Assembly: GCA_021613535.1 (NCBI GenBank)
Contig: CP075494.1
Coordinates: forward strand, 3,472,001 to 3,536,000
Length of the DNA stretch: 64,000 bases
Reading direction: 5' to 3'
From: Adineta vaga
Lineage: Eukaryota > Animalia > Rotifera
Shown here: positions 1 to 12,588 of the stretch, piece by piece
How the letters are laid out: each line of letters begins with the position of its first letter
Numbering within the stretch: position 1 is the stretch's first letter
Position numbers and translations under genes: made by a program
Notes under the pieces: model-generated
Databases searched by the model: none
The model's input: the letters and a program-made list of their open reading frames with translations, nothing else
Told to the model about the DNA's origin: nothing

Positions 1-1639
1 TGTAAAGATGAGAAGATAGAGTAGGATCGATGGGATTTGTAGAAAGAGTAATAAATAAAACTTAACACGATGAAGAACAATTTGACTATCATCCGGTATG
101 TTCATTTTTTACTAACGACAAATGTAATGGAATTAACTGTTAGTCGTCTTTCTTGAAGAAATACAACACTACGGAATAGTATGTTTCTTTTCTTTATTAA
201 TAACTCTTTAGAAATGAAACGAAGAAAAGAGTTTTATACGCATCAAATCCTCCATGAGAGAATAGAACAAACTATTCAGATAAGACGATCTTTTAATTAA
301 AAAGTATATATTATTATAGAGCAAGAGAAAATAAATGTTGTAGACATGATTCCAGGCAGAAAAGGCTATATAGTTTTACGCCTTCTATATATCTTACAAA
401 AAGCATACCTTTTCATTCGTAAACACGCCGGTAAATATAACTTTATTCCGAAAAATGATAGGTCCTTCAATACTTCAAAACCGATCTTTCTCTCAAAAAC
501 GTATGCAAGAATTTACTATCTTTTTTACGAACGAAATGAACATGTTTTTCTTGTACTAATTTTCTCTGTCTGAGCAATCGAACTATTCAAGATAGCAATA
601 TTTCACAATGATTGTTGCTCGTTTCGAAGATTTGTAATACGAAAGTAATTGTCTCAATAAAAAAAAAGTCAAATAATAGAGACTTACATAGAATTTCTCA
701 AAATTTTCAATCCAGCAAAAGAAAAACAAGAAATAAAACGAAAACTCATGAAGCATTATTTATGTCATGTCGAGCATGAGACTTCATGGAAAAAAATGAT
801 TACATTATCGATTATGACGCATTTTAGATAGAAATAGTGCAATTATATCGAATGCATGAGAATACATGATTAAGAGGTCACATATCGTTTCGTTATAGTT
901 GAAGAAAGAAATGCCGTAAGTATTATTCATTATGTTTTGTTTATATTTTATTTAATAAAGAACGGTAAAGTAGTACTTAAGAATAAACTAGATTCAATAG
1001 TACAGATATACACTATAAATTCAAAGCGTTTGAGTTCGAACACTGTGAGTGTGTGGGGAGAGGAAACATATTCTCAATGACACTTCTGACAAGATATCCA
1101 TGTTTTAATATCATTCAATAAATGATATAGGAATGAATACTTTGTTGAAAAATCAATCTTTATTATATTTGCTTTTTTCACTTTGATTATTATAAAGCAG
1201 TGTCGACGTTGATAATGATCTGTCAAGATAATAAAAACTAAAGTGCATAGAAAATATGAAAATAGCAAAAACATTACTTTATTCTTCAGTTTCTATTTTT
1301 TAGCGTATGATCGTGATGGTTGTCAAAAATATTAATTTCAGCACATCGAATCAGCCATAAAAGAAACACAGTTAACCAAATAGTAAGCTTTTGAATTTCT
1401 CCTTGTCTGAACGATATATGTAGGATCGTTTGCGTTAACCTCGATGAATATAAACTTTTTATCGAATCGTGTCTTTTCCATAATCTACAATTCATCTTAT
1501 AACAAAACTTTCGTTGGATATGACTATCGTAAAGGTTCAATAAGAACGAAACCACCGAATCCATTTACAGCACGGTATATTGATCTATTATGTTATTGTG
1601 AAATTGTTCAAATGCTCCTGTATAGATACTCATTTTTTC

Positions 1640-2787
1640 GAGATAAGAAAACAATAATTGCGTGTATTATCATATGATTGTATACTAACAATTATTCCAA
1701 TAATTGTTATCAAGACGAAGCAGAAAGATTCACCGACACGAACAACAATAGAATAGCAATCACAAACAACGACACGAACATCGAAGACAACGCTATTATC
1801 AACAACGGCAGCATTATTATTCTCGACAACATCAAGAACGATGACAACTGCGTCAACTTCAATAACAACTTTATCACATACGACGACAACACGAGAAACA
1901 CCGGTAGATAAACTTTTATAGAGAAAAATATTTCCATAGTATTCATATGAATTAAAAACAGATTTTCTTATAATCTACTTAATTAAATTAGGTATCTATT
2001 TTCATAGAAAATTTATTAACATTATCTATCTTATGATCATAAAAGGGTCATATTGTAACTACTTTAGATATGTTTTGATCGTAGAGAAGCTCACTGCTAA
2101 TGAAAAAACTTTCCATAAATTAAAGATAAGATCTCAATGAGAATTAATATTTTTCAAAAGTTTCTTTGATAACAAATATTAAATAAAATAAAATGATTGA
2201 ATCACCCATTCGAAGGATGGTCTGCAGTTCCCGACATGAATTCTAGACGACAATATCATCAAGCATGTGTATTGTTAGATGGAAACGTATTAGTTACGGG
2301 AGGATCTAATTGAGATCATTATCTAAAAACGACTGAGTTGTATGATACATTTAGAAAATCCTGGACAGAGGTTGGGCAAATGCTTTATGAACGGCACATG
2401 CATACGATATCTGTTTTAATAAATGGAAAAAAACTAGTTACTGGTGGATATTATGCGAATATTTCTTTGCATACTACTGAATTATATGATCCGTCAACAG
2501 AGACTTGGTCTATTAGTAGTAATATGAATTACCCATGACATCATCATACAGCTTCTTTATTACCAAATGGTAATGTATTAGTTATTGGTGGATTCAATGG
2601 AAATAGTTCTATGAATATCGCTGAAATATACGATCTAGTAACTGAAACTTAGATAATTATTGATAGTATGAAAATACTACGAGCTTTACATACCGCGTCT
2701 GTATTGCCAAATGGTCATATATTAATTTCTGGTGGCACTGATGGTAAGATGATTGTTGGCAAATCAGAATTATATCGATCAATATAG
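1640..2787 (+). pseudogene. Type II membrane kelch-repeat protein pseudogene (TM + Thr/Ser stalk + 4 kelch repeats)
   Basis: The frame 2218-2787 reads WSAVPDMNSRRQYHQACVLLDGNVLVTGG..ELYD..W four times, with in-frame stops at 2311 (TGA), 2536 (TGA) and 2650 (TAG). Upstream are a hydrophobic stretch (ILTIIPIIVIKTK) and a Thr-rich frame at 1712-1906 with a stop at 1754. Confidence 0.85.
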
Positions 2788-3541
2788 ACAAATTAGTACA
2801 CGAAGTGATACATTCACTAATGATATTGATTTCGTTTCAAAAAAACTTTCTTAATGAATGGCGCTTCTGACTAATATTGAATGAGTTCCTTTTTCTAAAT
2901 ATTGATCATCCACGGAAAGATGTGATTGTGTGCACTGTTCACCAGGAATTTAATAATACTGAATTACCAAGTCAATAATAAGTAGTTGACTTCTAGAATA
3001 ATATTTTAGAAATTTTTGAATTAATCCTAAAATGAATCATTCTCACATATAGCAGATTGGTATGAGTCTAATTTTGATACATTCATATTTGATATTTACA
3101 CATCTATACTCGTTATCAACGTTTTATATAAGTATTATGATATAAGATATTCTTAGCGATAAGTGTATGGATGTGTTATATTATAGATTAATAATTCAAG
3201 CCATATCCACACCCTTAAAATGAAAAAATAAAAAGGTTATATATTTTCGACATAGCTCAATCAAATATGACGTTCCACAATGAACGAACGTAGATAACTC
3301 AATCAGTATATGGTCTTCCTTTCAGTACAGGAACTATCAATCATACAGGAAAAAACGTGTTTTTTTCTTCATTACAAATTAAAACGAATATTCTGTAGTT
3401 GACTCATTTACAAAAAAAGTAGTCCTGACTTTATAATGTATAAAAAAATATTTTGCGTAATAAGAGAAAAAAGAACGAAAAATTGATAAAATCGTCGAAT
3501 ATATTTGCATAAATTGTAGGCAATCAAAAGAAAAAAAAAGA

Positions 3542-4579
3542 ATGATGAATAATTTAACATGCCTCTGTTTAATATGTTATAATCGCATATTGTGCAATGA
3601 AAGCGAAGAAGTTCTGTCTCCTGGCTTGTATGATATGTTCACTAGTTGTACATGGAATGGTCGACAGATCTATCTATCTCTTACAACTGTATATATATTC
3701 GCTTTGTTTACAAGTATCATTCTTACACTACAAACGAGTTATTGTGGACGAATTCGTATGACAAATCTTGGATTTTATCTTATTCTCTTGTGTTGGACAG
3801 CTCTATTTTATTCCACTATGGCACTAATATTCTTTATTATCGATTTGACACAATGTCTTCAGATCTCTAATTTTCATCGACAATTTCAGACTATCATCAA
3901 AGTTTCATCGCTGTATCAATGTTTATGGTTAATGAGTTTTATCGCATGTGAACGAATGTTAATTCAATGCTTTGATACAAGTTTATATGCTTCGAGAAAA
4001 CGATCAATTATATTCTCCACATTTTCTTTTGCTTTTATAACGTTAACATGCATTATACCACGTACATTATTTTATATCTATCACATTCAGTTGTACTATG
4101 AGATCTATCGAGCCTTTAGCTGGTTTCATCCTTTATTGGCCTGTTTACTTCAATTCATTGCGAGTATTAGTGTGTTAATCAATATAGCGAAAAGAAAAAT
4201 ATATATAACGGATCAGCATGACACGTGCCATATTTGGCTGCAACAATTATCAAAACATCGCGACTTTTTTGTGCCTATTCTGTTTTTATTATTTTTTGGA
4301 TTACCATGGTATCTTGCTGAACAACTGAATAATCAATGCAGACAAACGGATCCTCTCTATGCGTATCGTGTTCTTGTTGCACTCAAATACCTAAGTCTAA
4401 TACCGTACACTTGTACTTTTTTTGTATTCATCTATCCAAACAATATCTACCTGTCTGAATTTCGAAATACCTCTTGCTGTGCTAAGTATTTTAGATCGAT
4501 CCGTGGGATGACTAGTAACTGTGAACAACATCGAAATTCATCAGTAGTCTTTATCGTTACGCATGAAATCTTATCGTAA
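3542..4579 (+). CDS. Rhodopsin-like 7TM receptor (divergent GPCR)
   Basis: 345-aa single-exon ORF with about 7 hydrophobic helices, FIACER at the DRY position and FVFIYPNNIYLSEF after TM7. It resembles the 7TM part of the 40675-45810 gene. Confidence 0.75.
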   Translation: MMNNLTCLCLICYNRILCNESEEVLSPGLYDMFTSCTWNGRQIYLSLTTVYIFALFTSIILTLQTSYCGRIRMTNLGFYLILLCWTALFYSTMALIFFIIDLTQCLQISNFHRQFQTIIKVSSLYQCLWLMSFIACERMLIQCFDTSLYASRKRSIIFSTFSFAFITLTCIIPRTLFYIYHIQLYYEIYRAFSWFHPLLACLLQFIASISVLINIAKRKIYITDQHDTCHIWLQQLSKHRDFFVPILFLLFFGLPWYLAEQLNNQCRQTDPLYAYRVLVALKYLSLIPYTCTFFVFIYPNNIYLSEFRNTSCCAKYFRSIRGMTSNCEQHRNSSVVFIVTHEILS

Positions 4580-5394
4580 CAAAAAAATAATTGACTATAA
4601 AATGTAATTTTCAACTAAAATATACGATTGGTTAAAAAATATAAGAAAAGATAACATGAAATCTTCGTCCAACCCATCCTTAACACATATTGATTTATTT
4701 GATGCATACTTAAATGTGTAGTACTATAATAAAAAAAAAAACTATAGCACGAAAAAAGCAACAGAAATTTCGACAAATCGAATGATTTTTCTCTGTTGTC
4801 TTTCTTCAATCATTTACCAAACTTCGCAGTTTTTCTATGGTGATTATTCATTCTAACGAAAAACAAAGTTTTTATCCCATTGAAATGTTGAATTTTTCTT
4901 TCGAACACATACACATCATTTCTTTACTTCATTCATATGTAGTATTTCTATGGTGACGGTGAATGTTTGGACAAGTGTGAGTGGATGGATGACGATATAC
5001 TCGCATCATCTCAACCTCACTTATTATCAGGACACACTCTGTAGTAGAACTGAATAACGAATAGTAAACCATGTTTGATTTCTTCATGGCGACTGATGGA
5101 ATTAAATTTTGTTTTTATTCATGCTGGCATTTAAACAAAAGAAAAGAAAACAATCATTCGTATTCGGCGAAAAACGTTGAGTGTCGTAATTTTCTCTAAA
5201 AAGTAAGCAGTGCGAGAGAATTTCATAGTTTGTAAAAAATTCATTTCAGTTTTTTTCACCTATGTGTTAGTCTTTTCTTTGGTATTAATCCACTTGTCTG
5301 TCTTCCTCAATCTTTATCTGGCCATATCGAGTGTATATACAATATTAAAAACAGGGTGATCTGAAAATTATTCTTTTTCTTTTGAGCAGTCATT

Positions 5395-5471
5395 CTATTT
5401 CGTGATGTTGAACATTCCGGAATTGATTCCTATGGCGGAACTTATTCCAGAATATGCAACATCACGGAATA
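5395..5471. repeat. Imperfect palindrome/hairpin with 29-bp arms; possible MITE remnant
   Basis: ctatttcgtgatgttgaacattccggaat (5395-5423) pairs with attccagaatatgcaacatcacggaatag (5443-5471) with about 4 mismatches. Confidence 0.75.
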
Positions 5472-5609
5472 GGAAGCATTTGCCTCCTCTTCTAATCTCG
5501 CTCTCTCTATCTCTATCTCTCTCCTTTGAAGAAATAAGCACCTAAATCTATTTTTTTAAATTTTGTAGCTATCTCTTTCAGAAGTTTAATCACAATTGAA
5601 ACAAAGACA

Positions 5610-5840
5610 ATGTCTTACACTCCGCAACGACGTAGAAAATTTTGTCCCAATGGATTTTGCGGAATCTGCCGACCACCTCAAACACAGAAGCAAATTGAAA
5701 CTCTCGTCCATGTCAAACATATTGTCGACGAAAAGGAGACACCCTATGGTTATGTCCATTTCTATCCAGGTAGGTTCGGTTCTGCAGCATGTAGTACAGA
5801 AACTGACATTGATAGTGACTATGTGGATGACTATGAATAG
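5610..5840 (+). CDS. Small hypothetical protein (76 aa; basic N-terminus, CxxxxCxxC, acidic tail)
   Basis: ATG-started ORF in a GC-richer island with protein-like composition. No family recognised. Confidence 0.45.
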   Translation: MSYTPQRRRKFCPNGFCGICRPPQTQKQIETLVHVKHIVDEKETPYGYVHFYPGRFGSAACSTETDIDSDYVDDYE

Positions 5841-6188
5841 GACATCTCACATTCTTACCCACTCTTTAGAAACTTTTCCTTTCATTTTATCCAACGCACG
5901 AAACACGACTTAGTAAACAAATGCAAAATATTTTTTCGATGGGTTCAGTCATATTACTTCATTTTTTTAGACTGTATTGAGTGACTTCGTAAACAACTAT
6001 TACAGTAGCACTTGTCAATTCGTTTCGATCGGTACTATTATTGACATGCATTGTAATCCGAACGATATTCTTAAAGATTGAGCTTCTAATTGTCTTCAGT
6101 TTTGGGACTTTACAGTAGTTGATCTTTTGGATTTTCGGTCAGTGCAAATTAGCTATAGTTTCAATCCAAGTTTCACTTTTTTTAATCT

Positions 6189-7235
6189 ATGTTTTCACTA
6201 GGTGTTCGGACAACCGAGGACAAGTATACTTGTCCAGTGCTTTCTGTTCATATTTATCGATATTCACAAGCCGCTGCTGACACTGCTCAAGATCAGCGTA
6301 CAGTTCTCTTCGATTATAGTTCGAAACAACAAACTCAACAGGGTCCACAAAAGATGAAAACCGAAGAACAAGCTAGTGCTGAAGAGGAAGTCATAATAAT
6401 ACCAATCGAAGATGTAACACGAATAACGTTCAAAACAGAGATTAAAAAGGGCCTGCAAGCTGATATCGAAACCGAGATTATTCGAGAACATAAATTGACT
6501 GAAAATTGTTTTGATACTTGTTGTGAACGTATCTGTTGCTGTTGTGAACAACTCAAAAAATGTTGTGCAAGTCCCGTTCAAGTTGCTCCTCTTGTCAGGA
6601 GTGACACAGTAATTCACTCTGTTGCCGCTAAGAAAAAAATCCGAAAAACACGTGTTAAAGATGAACTGCTAACTGTTCCTAAAGAACGTTGTAAATCCTT
6701 TTTCGATTGTTGCCGTTGCTGGTGTTGTCGAAGGAACAAATTGGTCGGTCTTTTTAAGCGAACGACAACTGTGGCAGAAGAAGAAGCACAACGTGTTGTA
6801 ACAATGACACTTGAATACGGCCAGTATACTATTCTCGATACAACTTCGAAAGTACGTGTAGCTAATGGCGAGCCACAAGTAATCAACAGCAGACAACAAT
6901 TCGCAACTACAAAACTGGAGTTCTATTTACTTACCAACAGAGAGTATGATTCGAAACATTTCAACGAACAGAAGCAACAGGCTGAGATTCTCTGCCGAAC
7001 AGTAATCCAGTTAAAGGGAATGACAAATCATTATCCATCTGATACTGAATTGGATAATATTTTAGGTCAATCTCATCAAAAGGTATTCGGTAACGTGTTT
7101 GAAGAACCAGTTTTGGCACTCGAACATGACCTGAATACAGAAAATGAAAATCCACAGATTCAAGAATCACATGAACAACCAGCAATTAAACAACAAATGA
7201 ATATAACATTACAGCGAAATGAACAAGATAGTTAA
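6189..7235 (+). CDS. Hypothetical protein with two cysteine-string clusters (probably a terminal exon)
   Basis: 348-codon open frame containing CFDTCCERICCCCEQLKKCC and CKSFFDCCRCWCCRR. A splice acceptor (cactag) lies at 6201. The 5' exon is not resolved. Confidence 0.75.
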   Translation: MFSLGVRTTEDKYTCPVLSVHIYRYSQAAADTAQDQRTVLFDYSSKQQTQQGPQKMKTEEQASAEEEVIIIPIEDVTRITFKTEIKKGLQADIETEIIREHKLTENCFDTCCERICCCCEQLKKCCASPVQVAPLVRSDTVIHSVAAKKKIRKTRVKDELLTVPKERCKSFFDCCRCWCCRRNKLVGLFKRTTTVAEEEAQRVVTMTLEYGQYTILDTTSKVRVANGEPQVINSRQQFATTKLEFYLLTNREYDSKHFNEQKQQAEILCRTVIQLKGMTNHYPSDTELDNILGQSHQKVFGNVFEEPVLALEHDLNTENENPQIQESHEQPAIKQQMNITLQRNEQDS

Positions 7236-8525
7236 ATAAGATATTGATTTAAACAAGAAGCATTTTTAAAGAACATACACAATAAATTTGTGCGATGCTT
7301 TTATTATTTTATTTCCAATAAAGATTTGTTTATGTCACCTTAATCCGTAAAAGTTGGATATTTTTTGGAGCTAACATCTGACTAATCGTGAAATAACTCG
7401 CTATAGGACTTTATATACAGAAAACAATAACTATTCTCCTGAATTGGCATGATGTCTATCTGTATGTTCGTGAATTTTGTATTATTAAAACCGAATATTT
7501 CTGTAGTTAAAGCATTTGTTGAGATTCTCTACCAAAGCCAAAACTATGGAGACACTGCGCTTTAATTCACTCTCATATCGTCACTCGTACGAACAACGTG
7601 TATTAGTTGCAGAACAAAAAACAAAAAGTAACAACATGAGCGAATGAATAGGTGACTACTATTTTTATTACTATAGCAATTATTCAGAGGAAAAGAAAAA
7701 AAATCTGTTAGATATCTGATAAAGAGTCGTTTTAGCTCGGAAGAAAGTCAGGCAGCTGAGTTTTTTTCCAACACCACTTACTTTTATATTATTTCAGCGA
7801 TCAGAAAGCTTCTATTTATATTTTTTTTGTAACTAGTGGCAGAAGTCAGATAATTTCATAGGTTATTTAATTTGAGTTTGAATATAAGCTAAACTTTACT
7901 ACTATAGAATGAGTTCAAAAGTAAATGAAAATATATCGAGTCGATACTTATCTAAAGAAATAGAAAGCGAAACATTTGGTAAGTTATAAATTGCAATTCA
8001 TGCATTGTTTTCGTTTATTTGCTGTTGTAGAGATAAAGGTAGATGCAGTTTCAAAGATCATATGAACGATACTTTAAGTGAGGTTGAAGGATCTACAAAC
8101 GAGAGAGAAGTTAAAAGTATTTACAGAGGACAGAAGAGCCATAAGAATTATAAAATAATATTAGGGAGTGTATTCAGTGAATTTCAATTTAAACGAATAA
8201 AATAATTTTTTGCATTCGCGCGTGCTTATATAAATTTATACTATCTAATTTATAACTGTGGATATTGCATTGCGTTTTTTACGCTTTTGAAATTTTCATT
8301 TGTATTCTATACCTTTTTGTTTTGGTCGACAATTAGTTAGCTTCTGAGACACTACAATAATAACTACTGTTTTACTATATCCAGTAAATAACAGATATAG
8401 CGTACCTCTAATATATATTATTTTGTTTCATAGTAATGCTGATAATTTAAAGATATTTTGTTAAACGTTCCTTTGTTTGCGACTGACAAGTACGAATTGA
8501 AGAACGTCTTGCATCCAAAGCGAAA

Positions 8526-9596
8526 ATGGCCCTAGCCTTCTCTCATCAGCCGGTTATTCGATGGCAATGGAATTCGAATGAAGACCCATTTTCTTCCGAT
8601 TAATATGATAAAGAATGGTGCTGTTACAGTGATGTTGAGACAGTCATCATTGAAGAAGCGTACCAAATGAACCGTGCAGAAGCAATGCTCGATGATTACC
8701 ACATTGATATAAAAAATATGGTTCAGATATCAAATAACAGTTTGAATAAGCAGCGACCCGTAAAACGTATGGATGATAAGAACGGTGAATTACGACTGAG
8801 GCCAGAACGATTCATGCCTAATCCCATATTTCCAGCCGCTCCATTTCTTGATGAATTGGATCATCGAGGAGGTTCTTTTCTTAGAAAGGTTATGGTCTAC
8901 TTAGAAGTTACTGACGTTTCATTTCCATTGCGACAGTCTGGCATTCGTCGAAAAGTAGTTGAAGCGGCAGTTGATGATGGTCTGATTGTCGAAGGAAAAA
9001 AGATGGGTCAACAAAAGATCGGCGAATGGTTAGCTGGGCAATTGAGAGAGGTGACGACAGGAACTGAGAAAGAAGTCGGGGCATGTTGTGCTCGTCTCTA
9101 TTGTATGCAATCGTTTCTCTTCGAAAAACTGAACGAAGTAATGCGTCTCGTAGGCGATCAACAACATGTTAATTTTGTAAAAAGCAAAGTGTCTACTCAC
9201 GGCCCATTTGCTCTACTACTCTGGAGAGTGGCAGAATATGATCGAAAGCAACCAAAATTTTCGACTATTTACCGTGGAGCTAACTTGTCAGATAATCTGA
9301 TTGACCAATACCGTGAAAAATGCGTTGGTACTACACCATACACAAGTGACAAAACGTTCATATTTCCGGCCTATACATCTACCACTTTGAATCGAGACAA
9401 GGCAGAACAATATGGCAATGTACTCTTTATTATTGTAAATGGACGGAGTAGTGGTTGGGATATGACACCTTACTCGCTCTTTTATTATGAGGAAGAAGTG
9501 TTACTTCGTCCTTATTTTCGGTTTAACATCGTTTCGTGTGAATTCGATGACACCAAGGATAAATGGATCATTCACTTAACCTCATGTGGTTATTGA
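8526..9596 (+). CDS. WWE-domain + R-S-E type ADP-ribosyltransferase with an in-frame TAA at 8601 (disrupted or N-truncated)
   Basis: ATG at 8526 is in frame with the ORF at 8667. RWQWNSN..EWCCYSDVETVIIEEAY..YHIDIKNMVQ..KQRPVKR is a WWE domain. YRG, YTSTT and EEEVLLRP are the ART catalytic motifs. Confidence 0.85.
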
Positions 9597-10317
9597 CAAT
9601 CAAAATATTATCTTTATTTTTCTCATATCGTGCTAATATAGATTTTCATGTCACCATTATGGACCAAATGCAATGAAAAAACTGAAAAACTTTTCATTCG
9701 GTAAAAATTTCTTTCTCAAAAGTCTAACTAATTTTTTTGTTCAATCTTTACTCACACTTAATCTAAGGAAATAGAATGATATTCATCTGCGGTTCTCCTA
9801 CTGTAAGAATTTTTCCTCTTATTTATTCACACAAAATTACTGTGACCGTTAACTATGTGATTAGCAGTTGCAGAACAGCAGATTGTTTTATGACCAACAT
9901 AAATTCTGAGTTAGCGAAGGATAAAATGGGAGATGGGGATGCAGATGAAGTACGCATATACACGCATACAGACATCATCAAGATGGTTGTATTTATTATT
10001 GTAGATTCATTGAATGAGCTTTAAAATACTTCTGTCAATTGATGCATTCCTTAAACAACGATGTTATGATATTTTATTATATTGCCATTTCATCTTGGCA
10101 TTCTGAATGCTGTGGATGATATTACAATGAACATGTTGCATATAATTTATTAGTAATCAAAAACTGGAAAACGCACAGAAAAAAATCAAAATAGAAATGA
10201 ATAAGACTGTGATAAGAGAAAATAAAAAGGCTAAAGTAACTGTGTAGTTATTAATATGTTAGTAATAATTAAAGTCAGTGACCCAGGATCTTTCAGTGGC
10301 AAAACATACCTGATTTC

Positions 10318-10610
10318 TCATCCACAATACACATTACAATCACCATTAGGTATACACGTAGTACCTTCACCACAATCCTCATAAACCCAGCCAGGAGCAG
10401 TGCAAGTAACATAACCTTTAAGATTAGTAGCACCGCCAGCACTTATGCAAGCGACGCAACCAACTTTACAAATCGAATTCCGCTTTGCCATATGATTAAG
10501 ATTAATTCTGCTAATCGCATCTCACAATGATGCTGCTTCTGCTACATAACTATAGTTGCGAATAAAACCAACAAGGCAATTAAACACACTTTATTGCTAA
10601 TCAGCGGCAT
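10318..10610 (-). pseudogene. Secreted prepro-peptide with a CBM19-like (fungal chitin-binding) Cys module; frameshift plus nonsense codon
   Basis: Signal MPLISNKVCLIALLVLFATI, 1-nt frameshift, AEAASL*DAISR (TGA at 10522-10524), KR site, then NSICKVGCVACISAGGATNLKGYVTCTAPGWVYEDCGEGTTCIPNGDCNVYCG*. Absent from the ORF track. Confidence 0.7.
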
Positions 10611-11249
10611 GGTCGTTCACGGATGCTTAATGTTAGAGAAATCGTGTTCTATTCCGAGTTTATATATACTTTGGTTGGCAATAGAGAGACAGAAAGGTAA
10701 AAACACGTAGAGTGCAGAGAGTATACAATTCGTTTTTTTTCAAGGACGAAAGTAGGCATGAGAACGAATAGTTAATTATATCACATATATTTGTGATGTA
10801 AAAAGATCTATAAATGAGATGCGATTTCTTTTTTTCTGACATATAATTTTATTGATCACATCAGGCTTACCAACAAATTACTGAGAAAAAGACGAGAAAC
10901 GAAATCTTTTCAAAAGCTGGTATATATATTATTAGTGGTACCCTCTGTGACACCATTCACAGTCATAAAGTAAAGATAAATATTAAATCAAAGAAAAAAT
11001 TACGAAAGATTCTTATAAATAGAAATTTAAATTAGAATGTCGTCGATAAATTATATGAAAATATTAACGGGGTTGTGAAAGTTTTTTTTAAATATTTGTA
11101 AGTAGAAAAGAAAAAGAAATAGGCAGAATTCTTGAGGGTGTACTCTCTATATGCATAGCAATCCATTAAAAAATTTTCTACTCTTAGTTTGATAGATCGC
11201 TAGGAGTATCTTGTTGGTGTATGTTGAAAGCTATAAATATTTCGGAATG

Positions 11250-11900
11250 GTTTTACAATCAATTTGATACAATTCTTACGAAAAGAACCGAATATTGTAC
11301 AACTATTTAGCTATCTAAAAGTGTGAGTAAGTTGTCACCACTTATCAGTTTCTCAGTCATCTTTACATCCTGATCAATCATTTAATTGTCTTTTAGTAGT
11401 AACATTTCAATCGATGCATTCGTAAGTCTAGTACTAGCAAAGAACGGACTAATTATTTCACAGAAAAAAATTAGGCAACAATTACGACTTTACTATTTTA
11501 ACTTTCTTATGGAAGAAAAATATTTCAACAATGAGGTTCTATATCATACGATGGTAAATATGGATAACATGCAAGAAGAATTTTCTCGATTCATAACCTT
11601 TCTAGCTAAGTATAGTTTGAGGGTGATACATTTTTATTGAAGAAGAGATGTTGGTGGTTCTCATAATGGTTCAATTTTTCAAAGCGCTTGCAAATTTATC
11701 AATATTACTTGGTATTTCAAGTATATATTTTCTCCGTATATTCATTCGTTCTCATCACGTTAACATAAACCCTGCTGTGCGACATTCACCATCACCACAG
11801 CAAAACGATTTGGATAAACCATTCGTTGGATAACTATGAATTTAAGGATCATATAGAGTATGTTAACAAAACAGAATACATCACTGGATATCTTGTCATC
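11250..11900 (+). pseudogene. Heavily degraded coding remnant, family unclear
   Basis: Protein-like fragments in shifting frames (RDVGGSHNGSIFQSACKF..*HKPCCATFTITTAKRFG) broken by stops. Confidence 0.3.
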
Positions 11901-12249
11901 GGTTTTGTCCAAACAATCTATGGTATACGGTCGCAAACAAAGTCACTTCTAATACACAGACCGTTGTTACAAAATAGAGCAAATATTTTAATGTTCAAGA
12001 TGAGGATATCGGCGTTGATATTTACTCAGTCAAGAACAATCACCTATATCAAAATTGTTTTTGCATGATATCTATATAGATTTTACTGTCGATTATTGAA
12101 CATCGGCTATATTATGCTCCAAGAAATTTTTTATCAATGATCGTACTCAATAATGAATATGTATTTAGAAGAACCACCCAGTGCGTCACTGGAAAAAAAC
12201 GATAGTGCACTATACAGTTAGAAACGGTGATTTTACTATTCAATCGTAA

Positions 12250-12388
12250 TGAAAATACAATTTTTTTTTGAAAGGAAAAATTCATAAGATCCTTCTGTCT
12301 TCTTTCTAGTATCATTGCTAGGCGCTTTTCAGATAAACATGTTGTTGAATCAATTCCATCAGCAGCCTTGACTCATGGTCGAGGTCTT
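12250..12388 (+). pseudogene. Deletion remnant of the tail-anchored gene at 20811-21666
   Basis: Retains only the intron and the start of exon 2 (..GLTHGRG-like, matching 21149-21288). Exon 1 and the rest of exon 2 are deleted. Confidence 0.8.
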
Positions 12389-12588
12389 TATTAATATTTT
12401 ATTTTTTCTTATTAAAAAGCTATGAATTATTGTTATTGTTATCGTTCGTGTCTTTATGATGGATGTGAGACTGAGAAAGTCAAAAGATAATAATAATACA
12501 GATTGTTGAGAAATTAGTAGGACGATAATGAAAAAATATCAAAGGGTTATACCATAGTGTCTCTTTTCGATGCAAGAGATAAAAAGTG

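Noticed and set aside
346-1564. Short AT-rich ORFs here and in other intergenic regions
   Set aside because: F/I/L/K-biased, often with non-ATG starts, and lacking motifs or splice support.
1678-1946. Asn-rich (+) and hydrophobic (-) short ORFs
   Set aside because: Shadow frames of the Thr-rich stalk of the kelch pseudogene.
11700-11815. DUF3431-like assignment from KPCCATF
   Set aside because: A single short motif in a degraded region is insufficient.
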